Below are positions 52,053-61,088 of a DNA stretch of 64,000 nucleotides, one piece after another. Both the position numbers and the translations under genes were made by a program. Origin of the DNA: Escherichia phage vB_Eco_NicPhage. A model generated the notes under the pieces. That model searched no databases. It was given only the letters and a program-made list of their open reading frames with translations, and had not been told where the DNA came from. Every line of letters starts with the position of its first letter. Position 1 is the first letter of the stretch. The stretch lies in sequence record OY726582. The stretch is one strand, 5' to 3'.

Positions 52053-52955
52053 TTATAGACCGGCTAACAGGTCATCGAGGTCACCATCATCAGAGGACGA
52101 GGTAGAACTCATGAAGTCATCTTCAGTTTTTGCAGAACTAAAGGCTTCCATGTCTTTATCGAAATCGTCAAGGTCAGAAGCAACTTTATCTGCAACAGAA
52201 GCTGCTGCGGCTGCTGCACCACCAAGAGCGGCAGTACCAAGAACCTTAGCGAAAGATTCATTTAATTTTTCAAAGGATTTGAACTGGTCTTTAGCCGTCA
52301 AAGTAGTAAGGTCTACCATCTGGTCATATAGTTCTTTCTGGAATGCTTCATCATTAATACGAGGAATTTCAGATTGACCCAAGAATTTAGATTCGTCATA
52401 GTTGCTAAAACCGGAAACCTGCTTAGCTTTCAGAACGAAGTTGGCACCTTCAAACGGACAAGTAACATCAACTGGAGTTTCACCCATTTCGGTATCAACA
52501 GCAATCATTGCATTGATTTTGTCCCAAATCTTTTTACCGAAACGATATTTAAATACTTTACCTTCGTTATCTGGAGCTTGAGGGTCTTTAACAACCAGAA
52601 TATTAGCCCAATAAGAAGTTTTACGTTTCAGTTGAGAATATTCATTTTTGTTGGTATTGTACAGGTCATTTTTACTAATGTACTGACATACAGGACAAGA
52701 GTCATAATCACCATGTGTAGAAGAGCAATTTTCAATATACCATTTACCATTTTTCTTGAAACCGTGGTTAACAAGAATTGCAAATGGTAGTGCATCATCA
52801 GTTTTTGCTGGCAAGAAACGAATTACCGCTTGACCATTACCGGATGCATCTAGCTTCAGCTTCCATTCGCCTTTATCTTCTGAAGAGAAACCTTTGTTAC
52901 CATTCAGTTTAGCCATTTGAGCAGCGAGGTCAGCAGTAGATTTACGTTTAAACAT
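52053..52955 (-). CDS. 32: single-stranded DNA-binding protein gp32
   Basis: 300-aa ORF closely matching remembered T4 gp32 ([23 protein letters not shown], acidic C-terminal tail). Confidence 0.95.
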   Translation of the reverse strand: MFKRKSTADLAAQMAKLNGNKGFSSEDKGEWKLKLDASGNGQAVIRFLPAKTDDALPFAILVNHGFKKNGKWYIENCSSTHGDYDSCPVCQYISKNDLYNTNKNEYSQLKRKTSYWANILVVKDPQAPDNEGKVFKYRFGKKIWDKINAMIAVDTEMGETPVDVTCPFEGANFVLKAKQVSGFSNYDESKFLGQSEIPRINDEAFQKELYDQMVDLTTLTAKDQFKSFEKLNESFAKVLGTAALGGAAAAAASVADKVASDLDDFDKDMEAFSSAKTEDDFMSSTSSSDDGDLDDLLAGL

Positions 52956-53073
52956 GGATTATTACCTTTTATTTAGATTATTTAATTTATTTACAGTTGG
53001 TTGCTACGACACTTATACCTCGTAGCTGGTATGATTTATTTATAAAGTAATTTTAACACACAAGAAATAAAGC
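52956..53073 (-). promoter_or_regulatory. gene 32 leader: autoregulatory translational operator with A/U-rich repeats and candidate pseudoknot, plus late-promoter-like TATAAATA
   Basis: Minus-strand leader contains ccagcuacgagguauaagugucguagc (paired GCUACG/CGUAGC) followed by a UUAAAU-rich tract ending at the gene 32 ATG; a TATAAATA lies upstream. Confidence 0.5.
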
Positions 53074-53727
53074 TTAATACTTACATGATTTGATTGTTTC
53101 TATGAACAATTTCTTAGCAACATTTCCATCGATTTGAAGTATTTTTCGATATGCCTTTAATTTGGTAGAATAATTTTGCCAGACTAAGTTATCGGTGAGT
53201 TCGTCGTGCTTATCTATAATATTCAAAAACGAGTCCAACAATAAGAAAGTTTCAAATGAAATTATATTGCTTTGTAGCAATTTAAATATGTAGCTCGACT
53301 GAACGTTGTTATTATAATCAAATATCTCTTGAAGCGCACTAACTTCAACTTTCTTACTGAAATAGTAGATGTTACGTACGTCTTCAGCAAACGTCTCCTT
53401 GGCTTGTTTGAGACGTCCAATATATTCCCTATAGAAAACTAATGCATCAGCGTCTGATATCTCACCAATCCATGCGTCTTGGTTAGCAACTAAGTTGCTT
53501 ATGAATATCAAGGTGAGTTCCTTCAATTTATATTTCTCTGCTAGTTTTTCAAAGAAATATTTATCTCGGCGTTTTTGATACGCATTATCCGAAACACGCA
53601 TGCACCAGTTATATTTGATTACGTCATACCGACCATTAAAATGTTGTTTGCACATCAAGTATAGTTTGTATACCGATTTTCCGTTAATATAACGTTCTCC
53701 ATCAGGAGGCATGCGTATTTTAATCAT
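53074..53727 (-). CDS. 59: helicase loader gp59
   Basis: 217-aa ORF (T4 gp59 is 217 aa), immediately upstream of gene 32. Confidence 0.9.
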   Translation of the reverse strand: MIKIRMPPDGERYINGKSVYKLYLMCKQHFNGRYDVIKYNWCMRVSDNAYQKRRDKYFFEKLAEKYKLKELTLIFISNLVANQDAWIGEISDADALVFYREYIGRLKQAKETFAEDVRNIYYFSKKVEVSALQEIFDYNNNVQSSYIFKLLQSNIISFETFLLLDSFLNIIDKHDELTDNLVWQNYSTKLKAYRKILQIDGNVAKKLFIETIKSCKY

Positions 53728-54062
53728 AATAAGAAATCTAACGTATTAGTTTTTTCACCACGAGCAACTGATGGGCGAAGCATGTTTTCGTCAATTGCTT
53801 CGCTTGTAATTTTTTCAACAATTCCTGTAGGAATAAATTTAGCAAATTGTGTTTCTGGAATAGAATTTTCTTCCAAGAAAGCAGTTGTTGCTTCTAAATA
53901 AGACATACCAAATTGTTCAACCATGGATTCGATAATGAATCCGTTTTCTTGTCGGTCAAGCAATTTAGCGATATCATCTTTATCGTGTTTTACTGCTAAT
54001 TCTTGTTCAGATAAACCGGCCTCATCAACCGGTTTAATATCACTTAGTGAAAACTGTGTCAT
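53724..54062 (-). CDS. 33: late transcription co-activator gp33
   Basis: 112-aa acidic ORF (T4 gp33 is 112 aa), synteny. Confidence 0.85.
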   Translation of the reverse strand: MTQFSLSDIKPVDEAGLSEQELAVKHDKDDIAKLLDRQENGFIIESMVEQFGMSYLEATTAFLEENSIPETQFAKFIPTGIVEKITSEAIDENMLRPSVARGEKTNTLDFLL

Positions 54063-54309
54063 AAAGCTCGACTACCTCTTCGTTTTCAGCTTCAAATTGA
54101 TCACGAGCGTCTTTATGATAAAGAGCTAACAAACGATTAAACATTTTTCCATCGACACCAAGCTCTTCTTTAGCACGAGTACGAATGTCTTTAATCAGTT
54201 CATTATAACCAGAAATTTTAAGTTTGTTATCGGAAGCTTCCTTGACTAGTTTAGCCAGTTCTTCACCATGCACATCTTGATTAAATTCAACTGCTTCTTT
54301 CTTAGCCAT
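54040..54309 (-). CDS. dsbA: DsbA double-stranded DNA-binding protein
   Basis: 89 aa from MAKKEAV (T4 DsbA is 89 aa); the track ORF has 6 extra N-terminal codons. Confidence 0.7.
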   Translation of the reverse strand: MAKKEAVEFNQDVHGEELAKLVKEASDNKLKISGYNELIKDIRTRAKEELGVDGKMFNRLLALYHKDARDQFEAENEEVVELYDTVFTK

Positions 54310-54316
54310 GTTTACC

Positions 54317-55234
54317 TCAGAATTCATTAATTACACTTGTTAATTTAGAAAGACCAGATTTTACAAAGTATGAATAAATCTTGCCTTTAGGTTGTTGTTT
54401 ATATGAGTTATAATACTCTATAATGGTTGAAGCAATATTATCAGGGATATAATCAAAATCAATGAGAACCAAATTTTCTTGATACCGTTTATATTCTTCT
54501 GCACTTAATAATACTTCAGCTTGAGAACGGTCATTGGCAATTGCTTCAATAATCGATGTTTTCATACTCGGAGTTCGTTCACCATCAACTCTGGTAAACC
54601 AGAAGTCGCCACGAACTCGAACAGATGCAACACCATCCTTACGGTCACCTTTAAGAATTTTAGTCATGCAATCAATTTCAGCAGAACCATTCTTAATTTT
54701 AACCCATTTTTTCTGTGGTGGCGACCACTGTTTAACGTTAGGATATTTGTGTAATTGTGTAAAGTCACCATCTGATGCAACAATACATACTTTATGTCCA
54801 GCTAATGACAAATATTTAGTTAATACACCGATATGGTCATCCGCTTCATACTTGTCAATATCCATTACAACGTATGGCATGTATTTCTTAATCTCATCAA
54901 CAACTTGATGGAGTGCAGTAAAATATCCTTCCCAATCCCACTTTGAAGCTTCACGATCGGTTTTACGATTTTTCTTGTAATAGTAAGCAAAGTCTCGACG
55001 CCAATAACCCGAAGTAGCATTATCCATACACAATACAAATTTTGTATAGCCTTGCTTACGGAACATCACTACGTTTTTACGAATTGAATTCAAGATTACA
55101 TGGCGAACCATTGGAACTGTAATTTTATCGCCGTCTTCAAAGTTGTTTAATGCGGCTGCCAGTGCAATGTTACTAAAGTCGGCAAGTGCAATACCTTCTT
55201 TGTAATCTTCATCCAACATCATTTCTAAATCCAT
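54317..55234 (-). CDS. rnh: RNase H (5'-3' exonuclease / flap endonuclease)
   Basis: 305-aa ORF (T4 RNase H is 305 aa), synteny upstream of dsbA. Confidence 0.9.
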   Translation of the reverse strand: MDLEMMLDEDYKEGIALADFSNIALAAALNNFEDGDKITVPMVRHVILNSIRKNVVMFRKQGYTKFVLCMDNATSGYWRRDFAYYYKKNRKTDREASKWDWEGYFTALHQVVDEIKKYMPYVVMDIDKYEADDHIGVLTKYLSLAGHKVCIVASDGDFTQLHKYPNVKQWSPPQKKWVKIKNGSAEIDCMTKILKGDRKDGVASVRVRGDFWFTRVDGERTPSMKTSIIEAIANDRSQAEVLLSAEEYKRYQENLVLIDFDYIPDNIASTIIEYYNSYKQQPKGKIYSYFVKSGLSKLTSVINEF

Positions 55235-55265
55235 ATGAACCTCTTGTTCAGTTAGTCAACTTGTC

Positions 55266-55295
55266 TATAGTAACACACTCATTTGAAAGCGTAAA
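55266..55295 (-). promoter_or_regulatory. early sigma70-like promoter for rnh (-35 GTTTAC, 18 nt, -10 TACTAT)
   Basis: Minus-strand GTTTACgctttcaaatgagtgtgtTACTATagac about 30 nt upstream of the rnh ATG. Confidence 0.55.
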
Positions 55296-55298
55296 CTG

Positions 55299-55306
55299 GT
55301 ATAAAT
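55299..55306 (+). promoter_or_regulatory. late promoter TATAAATA upstream of gene 34
   Basis: TATAAATA 32 nt upstream of the gene 34 ATG; divergent from the rnh early promoter. Confidence 0.6.
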
Positions 55307-55337
55307 AAGTATTATTGAAACAATAAAGGAAAAACGA

Positions 55338-58300
55338 ATGGCCGACATCAAACGTAAGTTCAGAGCCGAAGACGGTCTGGACGCCGGTGGCGACAAGATT
55401 GTTAACGTAGCATTAGCCGACCGTACAGTAGGTACTGATGGCGTAAACGTTGACTTCCTGGTACAAGAAAACACCGTTCAAGTATATGATTCTACGCGTG
55501 GATATAACAAAGGATTTGTTGTTCTTTATGACAACCGTTTATATCAAGCAATAAATGATATCGTGTCTCCTTCCGGGGCATTTAACCTTTTACAATGGCG
55601 TGCAGTTCGTACTGATGCACAATGGATAACTGTCGCTTCTGGGACTTATCAACTTTCTTCAGGTGAATCGATTTCGGTTAACACTGGGGCCGGCAATGAT
55701 ATGGTTTTCACGTTGCCGAATACGCCGGTTGATGGCGATACTGTTGTTTTGGCTGATATTGGCGGAAGAACCGGGACAGTTAAAGTACAGATTAACGCGT
55801 CTGTGCAGAGTATTTTAAACTTTAGAGGTGAACAGGTTCGTACGGTTTTAATGACGCGTCCGCGTTCACAACTATTGTTTGTGTTTAGTAATCGTTTGTG
55901 GCAGATGTATATTATCGATTATGGTAAAGAATCAATCACTGTTACACCTGCGACACCATATCAAGCACAAGCAAATGATTTTATCGTTCGTCGTTTTACT
56001 AGTGCAGCACCAATCAACATTACACTTCCACGTAATGCTAACAATGGTGATATAATCCACCTAGTTGATTTAGATAAATTAAACCCACTGTATCATACAA
56101 TTGTTAAAACATTTGATGATACAACGTCTATTGGTGAAGTCGGGACTCATATTGCCGAAGGCAGAAATGACTCTGACGCGTTTTTTGTTTTTGATGCTGC
56201 AAGTAGTTTATGGCGTATATGGGAAGGCGACCAGAAATCGCGTCTTCGTATTATCCGGGCGGATTCAAATATTCGTCCAAATGAAGAAGTTCTTATTTTT
56301 GGCACAAATAACGCTACAACCGGAACTATTAATCTTACGCTGCCTACCGGAATTTTGAGTGGTGACACTGTTAAAATTTCAATGAACTACATGCGTAAAG
56401 GCCAAACAGTAAAAATTAAAGCTGCCGAAGGTGATACAATTGCTTCTTCTGTTGCGTTGCTTCAGTTCCCTAAACGTTCTGAATATCCACCTGATGCTCA
56501 ATGGGTCTCTGTTACTGAACTAGAATTCAATGGCACTACTTCATATGTTCCTGTATTAGAATTAGCGTATATCGAAGACACCGTTGCTGGTACACGTTAT
56601 TGGGTTGTGCAACAGAATGTCCCTACGGTAGAACGTGTTGATGCTGGATCTGATGCTACACGAGCTCGTTTAGGTGTTATTGCTCTTGCTACTCAAGCGC
56701 AAGCAAATGTTGATTTAGAGAATACTCCAGCTAAAGAAGTGGCTATTACTCCTGAAACGTTGGCAAATCGTACAGCAACTGAAGCTCGACGTGGTATCGC
56801 TAAAATTGCTACAACAGCACAAGTTAATCAGAATTCCACTGCAACATTTGTGGATGATACTATTGTTACGCCTAAAAAACTAAATGAGCGTACAGCAACT
56901 GAAACTCGTCGTGGTCTTGCTGAAATTGCTACTCAGGTTGAAACAGATGCTGGTCTTGATGACACAACGATTATTACACCTAAGAAATTGCAGGCACGTC
57001 AGGGTTCTGAAACACTATCTGGTATAGTTAAATATGTATCAACTACTTCTGCTACTCCTGCTGAAACTCGTGGGGCCGCAGGCACTAACATTTATAATAA
57101 AACCGTAAATAATTTAACTATTTCTCCTAAAGCCCTTGACCAATATAAAGCAACTTATGCTCAACAAGGTGCAGTAATTTTAGCTGTTGATAGTGAAGTA
57201 ATTGCTGGTCAATCTCAAGCAGGTTATTCTCATGCTGTAGTAACTCCTGAAACACTACATAAGAAAACTTCTACTGATGGACGTATTGGCTTAATTGAAA
57301 TTGCTACGCAAGCAGAAACTAATGCTGGGACTGATTATACTAGAGCAGTAACGCCTAAGACATTAAATGATAGGAAAGCTACGGAAGGATTATCCGGCAT
57401 AGCCGAACTTGCTACGCAAGTTGAATTTGATACTGGAACTGATGATACTCGTATCTCGACTCCACTGAAAATTAAAACTCATTTTGATTCTTCTGACCGT
57501 ACCAGTGTTAATTCTGATTCCGGACTTATTGAAGAAGGAACCTTATGGAACCATTATACTCTTGATATTTCTAAAGCAAATGAAACACAACGTGGTACAC
57601 TTCGAGTAGCGACCCAGGCAGAATCTAATGCAGGAACTTTAGATGATGTTCTTATTACTCCTAAAAAGCTTTTAGGGACTAAGTCCACTGAAACGTCTGA
57701 AGGCGTAATTAAGGTTGCTACTCAGGCTGAAACTGTAACAGGAACTTCTGCTAATACTGCTGTATCTCCTAAGAATTTAAAATGGATTGTCCAGAATGAA
57801 CCAACATGGGCTGCTACTACAGCAATTCGCGGATTCGTTAAAACTTCATCTGGTTCTATTACATTTGTTGGTAATGATACAGTTGGTTCAACACAACCTT
57901 TAGAATCATATGAGAAAAATAGCTATGCGGTATCACCATATGAATTAAACCGTGTACTTGCTAACTATTTGCCATTAAAAGCAAAAGCTGCTGACGCAAA
58001 TTTATTAGATGGTCTAGATTCATCTCAGTTCATTCGTAGGGACATTGCACAGACGGTTAATGGTTCACTAACCTTAACCCAACAAACGAATCTGAGTGCC
58101 CCTCTTGTATCAACTAGTACTGCTACGTTTGGTGGTTCAGTTTCGGCAAATAGTACATTAACTATTTCTAATACTGGAACGGCAACTCGTCTGATTTTTG
58201 AGAAAGGACCTCAAACTGGAACTAACCCAGCACAGACGATGACTATCAGAGTTTGGGGAAATGAATTTGGTGGTAGTGGTTCAGATACAACACGTTCTAC

Positions 58301-59216
58301 TGTATTTGAAGTTGGTGATGAAACATCTAATCACTTTTATTCTCAACGTAATAAAGCTGGGAATATAACGTTTAGCATTAATGGTACTGTGATGCCAATA
58401 AACATTAATGCTTCCGGTTTGATGAATGTTAATGGCGTTGCAACATTTGGTCGTTCAGTCACAGCCAATGGTGAATTCATTAGCAAGTCTGCAAATGCTT
58501 TCAGAGCAATTAGCGGTGATTACGGATTCTTTATTCGTAATGATGCTGCTAATACCTATTTTATGCTTACTGCATCCGGTGATCAGACCGGTGGATTTAA
58601 TGGATTACGTCCTTTGGCTATTAATAATGCATCTGGCCAAGTAACGATTGGTGAAGGCTTAATCATTGCCAAAGGTGCTACTATAAATTCAGGTGGTTTA
58701 ACTGTTAACTCGAGAATTCGTTCTCAGGGTACTAAAGCATCTGATTTATATACCCGTGCGCCAACATCTGATACTGTAGGATTCTGGTCAATCGATATTA
58801 ACGATTCAGCCACTTATAACCAGTTCCCGGGTTATTTTAAAATGGTTGAAAAAACTAATGAAGTGACTGGGCTTCCATACTTAGAACGTGGCGAAGAAGT
58901 TAAATCTCCTGGTACATTGACTCAGTTTGGTAATACACTTGATTCGCTTTACCAAGATTGGATTACTTATCCAACAACTCCAGAGGCACGTACAACCCGT
59001 TGGACACGTACATGGCAGAAAACTAAAAATTCTTGGTCAAGTTTTGTTCAGGTATTTGATGGTGGAAACCCTCCTCAACCTTCTGATATTGGTGCTTTAC
59101 CTTCTGATAATGCAACAATCGGAAACTTGACAATAAGGGATTTCTTAAGGATTGGTAATGTCCGCATTATTCCAGACCCTGTGAATAAATCTGTTAAATT
59201 CGAGTGGATTGAATAA
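55338..59216 (+). CDS. 34: long tail fibre proximal subunit gp34
   Basis: 1292-aa ORF (T4 gp34 is 1289 aa) with internal repeats; synteny 34-35-36-37. Confidence 0.93.
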   Translation: MADIKRKFRAEDGLDAGGDKIVNVALADRTVGTDGVNVDFLVQENTVQVYDSTRGYNKGFVVLYDNRLYQAINDIVSPSGAFNLLQWRAVRTDAQWITVASGTYQLSSGESISVNTGAGNDMVFTLPNTPVDGDTVVLADIGGRTGTVKVQINASVQSILNFRGEQVRTVLMTRPRSQLLFVFSNRLWQMYIIDYGKESITVTPATPYQAQANDFIVRRFTSAAPINITLPRNANNGDIIHLVDLDKLNPLYHTIVKTFDDTTSIGEVGTHIAEGRNDSDAFFVFDAASSLWRIWEGDQKSRLRIIRADSNIRPNEEVLIFGTNNATTGTINLTLPTGILSGDTVKISMNYMRKGQTVKIKAAEGDTIASSVALLQFPKRSEYPPDAQWVSVTELEFNGTTSYVPVLELAYIEDTVAGTRYWVVQQNVPTVERVDAGSDATRARLGVIALATQAQANVDLENTPAKEVAITPETLANRTATEARRGIAKIATTAQVNQNSTATFVDDTIVTPKKLNERTATETRRGLAEIATQVETDAGLDDTTIITPKKLQARQGSETLSGIVKYVSTTSATPAETRGAAGTNIYNKTVNNLTISPKALDQYKATYAQQGAVILAVDSEVIAGQSQAGYSHAVVTPETLHKKTSTDGRIGLIEIATQAETNAGTDYTRAVTPKTLNDRKATEGLSGIAELATQVEFDTGTDDTRISTPLKIKTHFDSSDRTSVNSDSGLIEEGTLWNHYTLDISKANETQRGTLRVATQAESNAGTLDDVLITPKKLLGTKSTETSEGVIKVATQAETVTGTSANTAVSPKNLKWIVQNEPTWAATTAIRGFVKTSSGSITFVGNDTVGSTQPLESYEKNSYAVSPYELNRVLANYLPLKAKAADANLLDGLDSSQFIRRDIAQTVNGSLTLTQQTNLSAPLVSTSTATFGGSVSANSTLTISNTGTATRLIFEKGPQTGTNPAQTMTIRVWGNEFGGSGSDTTRSTVFEVGDETSNHFYSQRNKAGNITFSINGTVMPININASGLMNVNGVATFGRSVTANGEFISKSANAFRAISGDYGFFIRNDAANTYFMLTASGDQTGGFNGLRPLAINNASGQVTIGEGLIIAKGATINSGGLTVNSRIRSQGTKASDLYTRAPTSDTVGFWSIDINDSATYNQFPGYFKMVEKTNEVTGLPYLERGEEVKSPGTLTQFGNTLDSLYQDWITYPTTPEARTTRWTRTWQKTKNSWSSFVQVFDGGNPPQPSDIGALPSDNATIGNLTIRDFLRIGNVRIIPDPVNKSVKFEWIE

Positions 59217-59224
59217 GAGGTATT

Positions 59225-60352
59225 ATGGAAAAATTTATGGCTAAGTTTGGACAAGGATACGTCCAAACGCCATTTTTATCGGAAAGCAATTCAGTACGAT
59301 TTAAATTAAGCATAGCGGGCTCTTGTCCGCTATCAACATCTCCTGCTTATATTAAGTTCCAGGATAATCCACTCGGGTCCCAGGTTTTTTCCGTTGGATT
59401 AAACGTTCGTATAATAAATCCTACAACAGGTGCAGTAGTTGAATCTAAGTCATATAATTTCTCTACTGAAAACGACGCCACGTCAAGTGCATTTGTTACT
59501 TTCATGGACACATACGCTTCAAATTTTATATTTGCTCTTGTTACTAACGCTAAAACAAACTTTCCTCCTGAAGTTCTTGCATGGTTTACCAAAGCTGGGA
59601 GTTCTGTTATTCCATTAGCTCAACAAGTTTTAAATATAGTGGACATTTCTTATTCGGCATTTTATATTTCTGGTAAGAATGCTATAGCACTAGAACATAT
59701 TAAGTATAGTAATAAGAAAACTTCAACCGACTATAGTACACCACTTGATGTTGTGTACGACACGATCGATGATATTGGTGCTACCGGCTTCCCTAGTCGT
59801 ACGTACGAATCGACAGACACATTTTTATCTGCTGTTGGAGGTACTAATAATGAAATTAAAAGGATGCCTACAACATCCATTATTACACCTCTCGCTGGGT
59901 ATAAATTGAAGCCTGGAGATTTCCTTTATATGAAATTCCAACTAATGGCCAATGCTGATTTGTTAGCACAAGGGACGACACGACTTTCTATTCGTTTCTT
60001 TAAATCTCCTTCTACTTCACCTATTTCATTTAAGGATATAAACTTTGATGGGGCTGCAGGTGAATGGAAGATATATGAAGACTACATAGAAATTCCTGCT
60101 GGTGCTGACGGGTTCACGATTTATTGTTATCGTACAGCTCCAGTCGGGCAAGGTGGATTAAGAAACGTTATATTCACTGAAGTATCATGTAATGGAAGCG
60201 TTTCAAAACCTGCTGAGTTTGGTATAAATGGTATTCGTGTAAATTATGTTTCAGAATCTTTAAGTGCTCCAGACATAATGACATTACCTACTCAATCTTC
60301 AACTGATACTGGTAAGGTATTTGGACAAGAATTTAAAGAAGCATCAGAATAA
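59225..60352 (+). CDS. 35: long tail fibre hinge connector gp35
   Basis: 375-aa ORF, synteny. Confidence 0.85.
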   Translation: MEKFMAKFGQGYVQTPFLSESNSVRFKLSIAGSCPLSTSPAYIKFQDNPLGSQVFSVGLNVRIINPTTGAVVESKSYNFSTENDATSSAFVTFMDTYASNFIFALVTNAKTNFPPEVLAWFTKAGSSVIPLAQQVLNIVDISYSAFYISGKNAIALEHIKYSNKKTSTDYSTPLDVVYDTIDDIGATGFPSRTYESTDTFLSAVGGTNNEIKRMPTTSIITPLAGYKLKPGDFLYMKFQLMANADLLAQGTTRLSIRFFKSPSTSPISFKDINFDGAAGEWKIYEDYIEIPAGADGFTIYCYRTAPVGQGGLRNVIFTEVSCNGSVSKPAEFGINGIRVNYVSESLSAPDIMTLPTQSSTDTGKVFGQEFKEASE

Positions 60353-60357
60353 ATTTA

Positions 60358-60381
60358 GGGAGACTTCGGTCTCCCATTTTT
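60358..60381 (+). terminator. intrinsic terminator after gene 35 (GGGAGAC-UUCG-GUCUCCC plus U-run)
   Basis: Identical hairpin to 12981-12998, followed by ATTTTTG. Confidence 0.75.
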
Positions 60382-60382
60382 G

Positions 60383-60390
60383 TATAAATA
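60383..60390 (+). promoter_or_regulatory. late promoter TATAAATA upstream of gene 36
   Basis: TATAAATA 25 nt upstream of the gene 36 ATG, directly after the terminator. Confidence 0.6.
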
Positions 60391-60414
60391 TGGTATACAT
60401 ATAAGGAGACAACT

Positions 60415-61080
60415 ATGGCCGATTTAAAAGCTGGTAGTACAACTGGTGGTGCCGTTATATGGCATCAAGGTAATTTCCCTTTAATGCCAGCAGGTGATGA
60501 CGTCCTGTATAAAACGTTTAAACTCTATTCAGAATATAATAAACCGCAAGCTGCTGATAACGATTTCGTTTCTAAAGCTAATGGTGGTACTTATGCATCA
60601 AAGGTAACATTTAACGGCGGCGTTCAAGTCCCGTATGCTGTAAACAACACAAACCCGTGCGGTATTTATCCAGGTAACGGTGATAATGCTACTTTTGCTG
60701 TAGCAAATATCGATATTGTTTCATGGAATGGTATTGGTTTTAAATCATCGCAAGGTTCAGCAGCCCGAACTGTTGTAATTAATGCACGTAATGGTGATAT
60801 TAATACAAAAGGTGTTGTGTCTGCGGCAGGTCAAGTAAGAAGTGATGCAGCTGCTCCTATAGCAGCGAATGACCTTACTAGAAAGGACTATGTTGATGGA
60901 CGAATAAATATTGTTACGGATAACGCAAATTCCCGTGTATTGCGTAAAGGCGATACCATGACTGGTACTTTAACAGCACCAAACTTTTTCTCACAGAATC
61001 CGGCGTCTGAGGCTAATCATGTTCCTCGTTTCGACCAGATTGTAATTAAAGATTCTGTTCAAGATTTCGGCTATTATTAA
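60415..61080 (+). CDS. 36: long tail fibre distal connector gp36
   Basis: 221-aa ORF (T4 gp36 is 221 aa), synteny. Confidence 0.85.
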   Translation: MADLKAGSTTGGAVIWHQGNFPLMPAGDDVLYKTFKLYSEYNKPQAADNDFVSKANGGTYASKVTFNGGVQVPYAVNNTNPCGIYPGNGDNATFAVANIDIVSWNGIGFKSSQGSAARTVVINARNGDINTKGVVSAAGQVRSDAAAPIAANDLTRKDYVDGRINIVTDNANSRVLRKGDTMTGTLTAPNFFSQNPASEANHVPRFDQIVIKDSVQDFGYY

Positions 61081-61088
61081 GAGGACTT

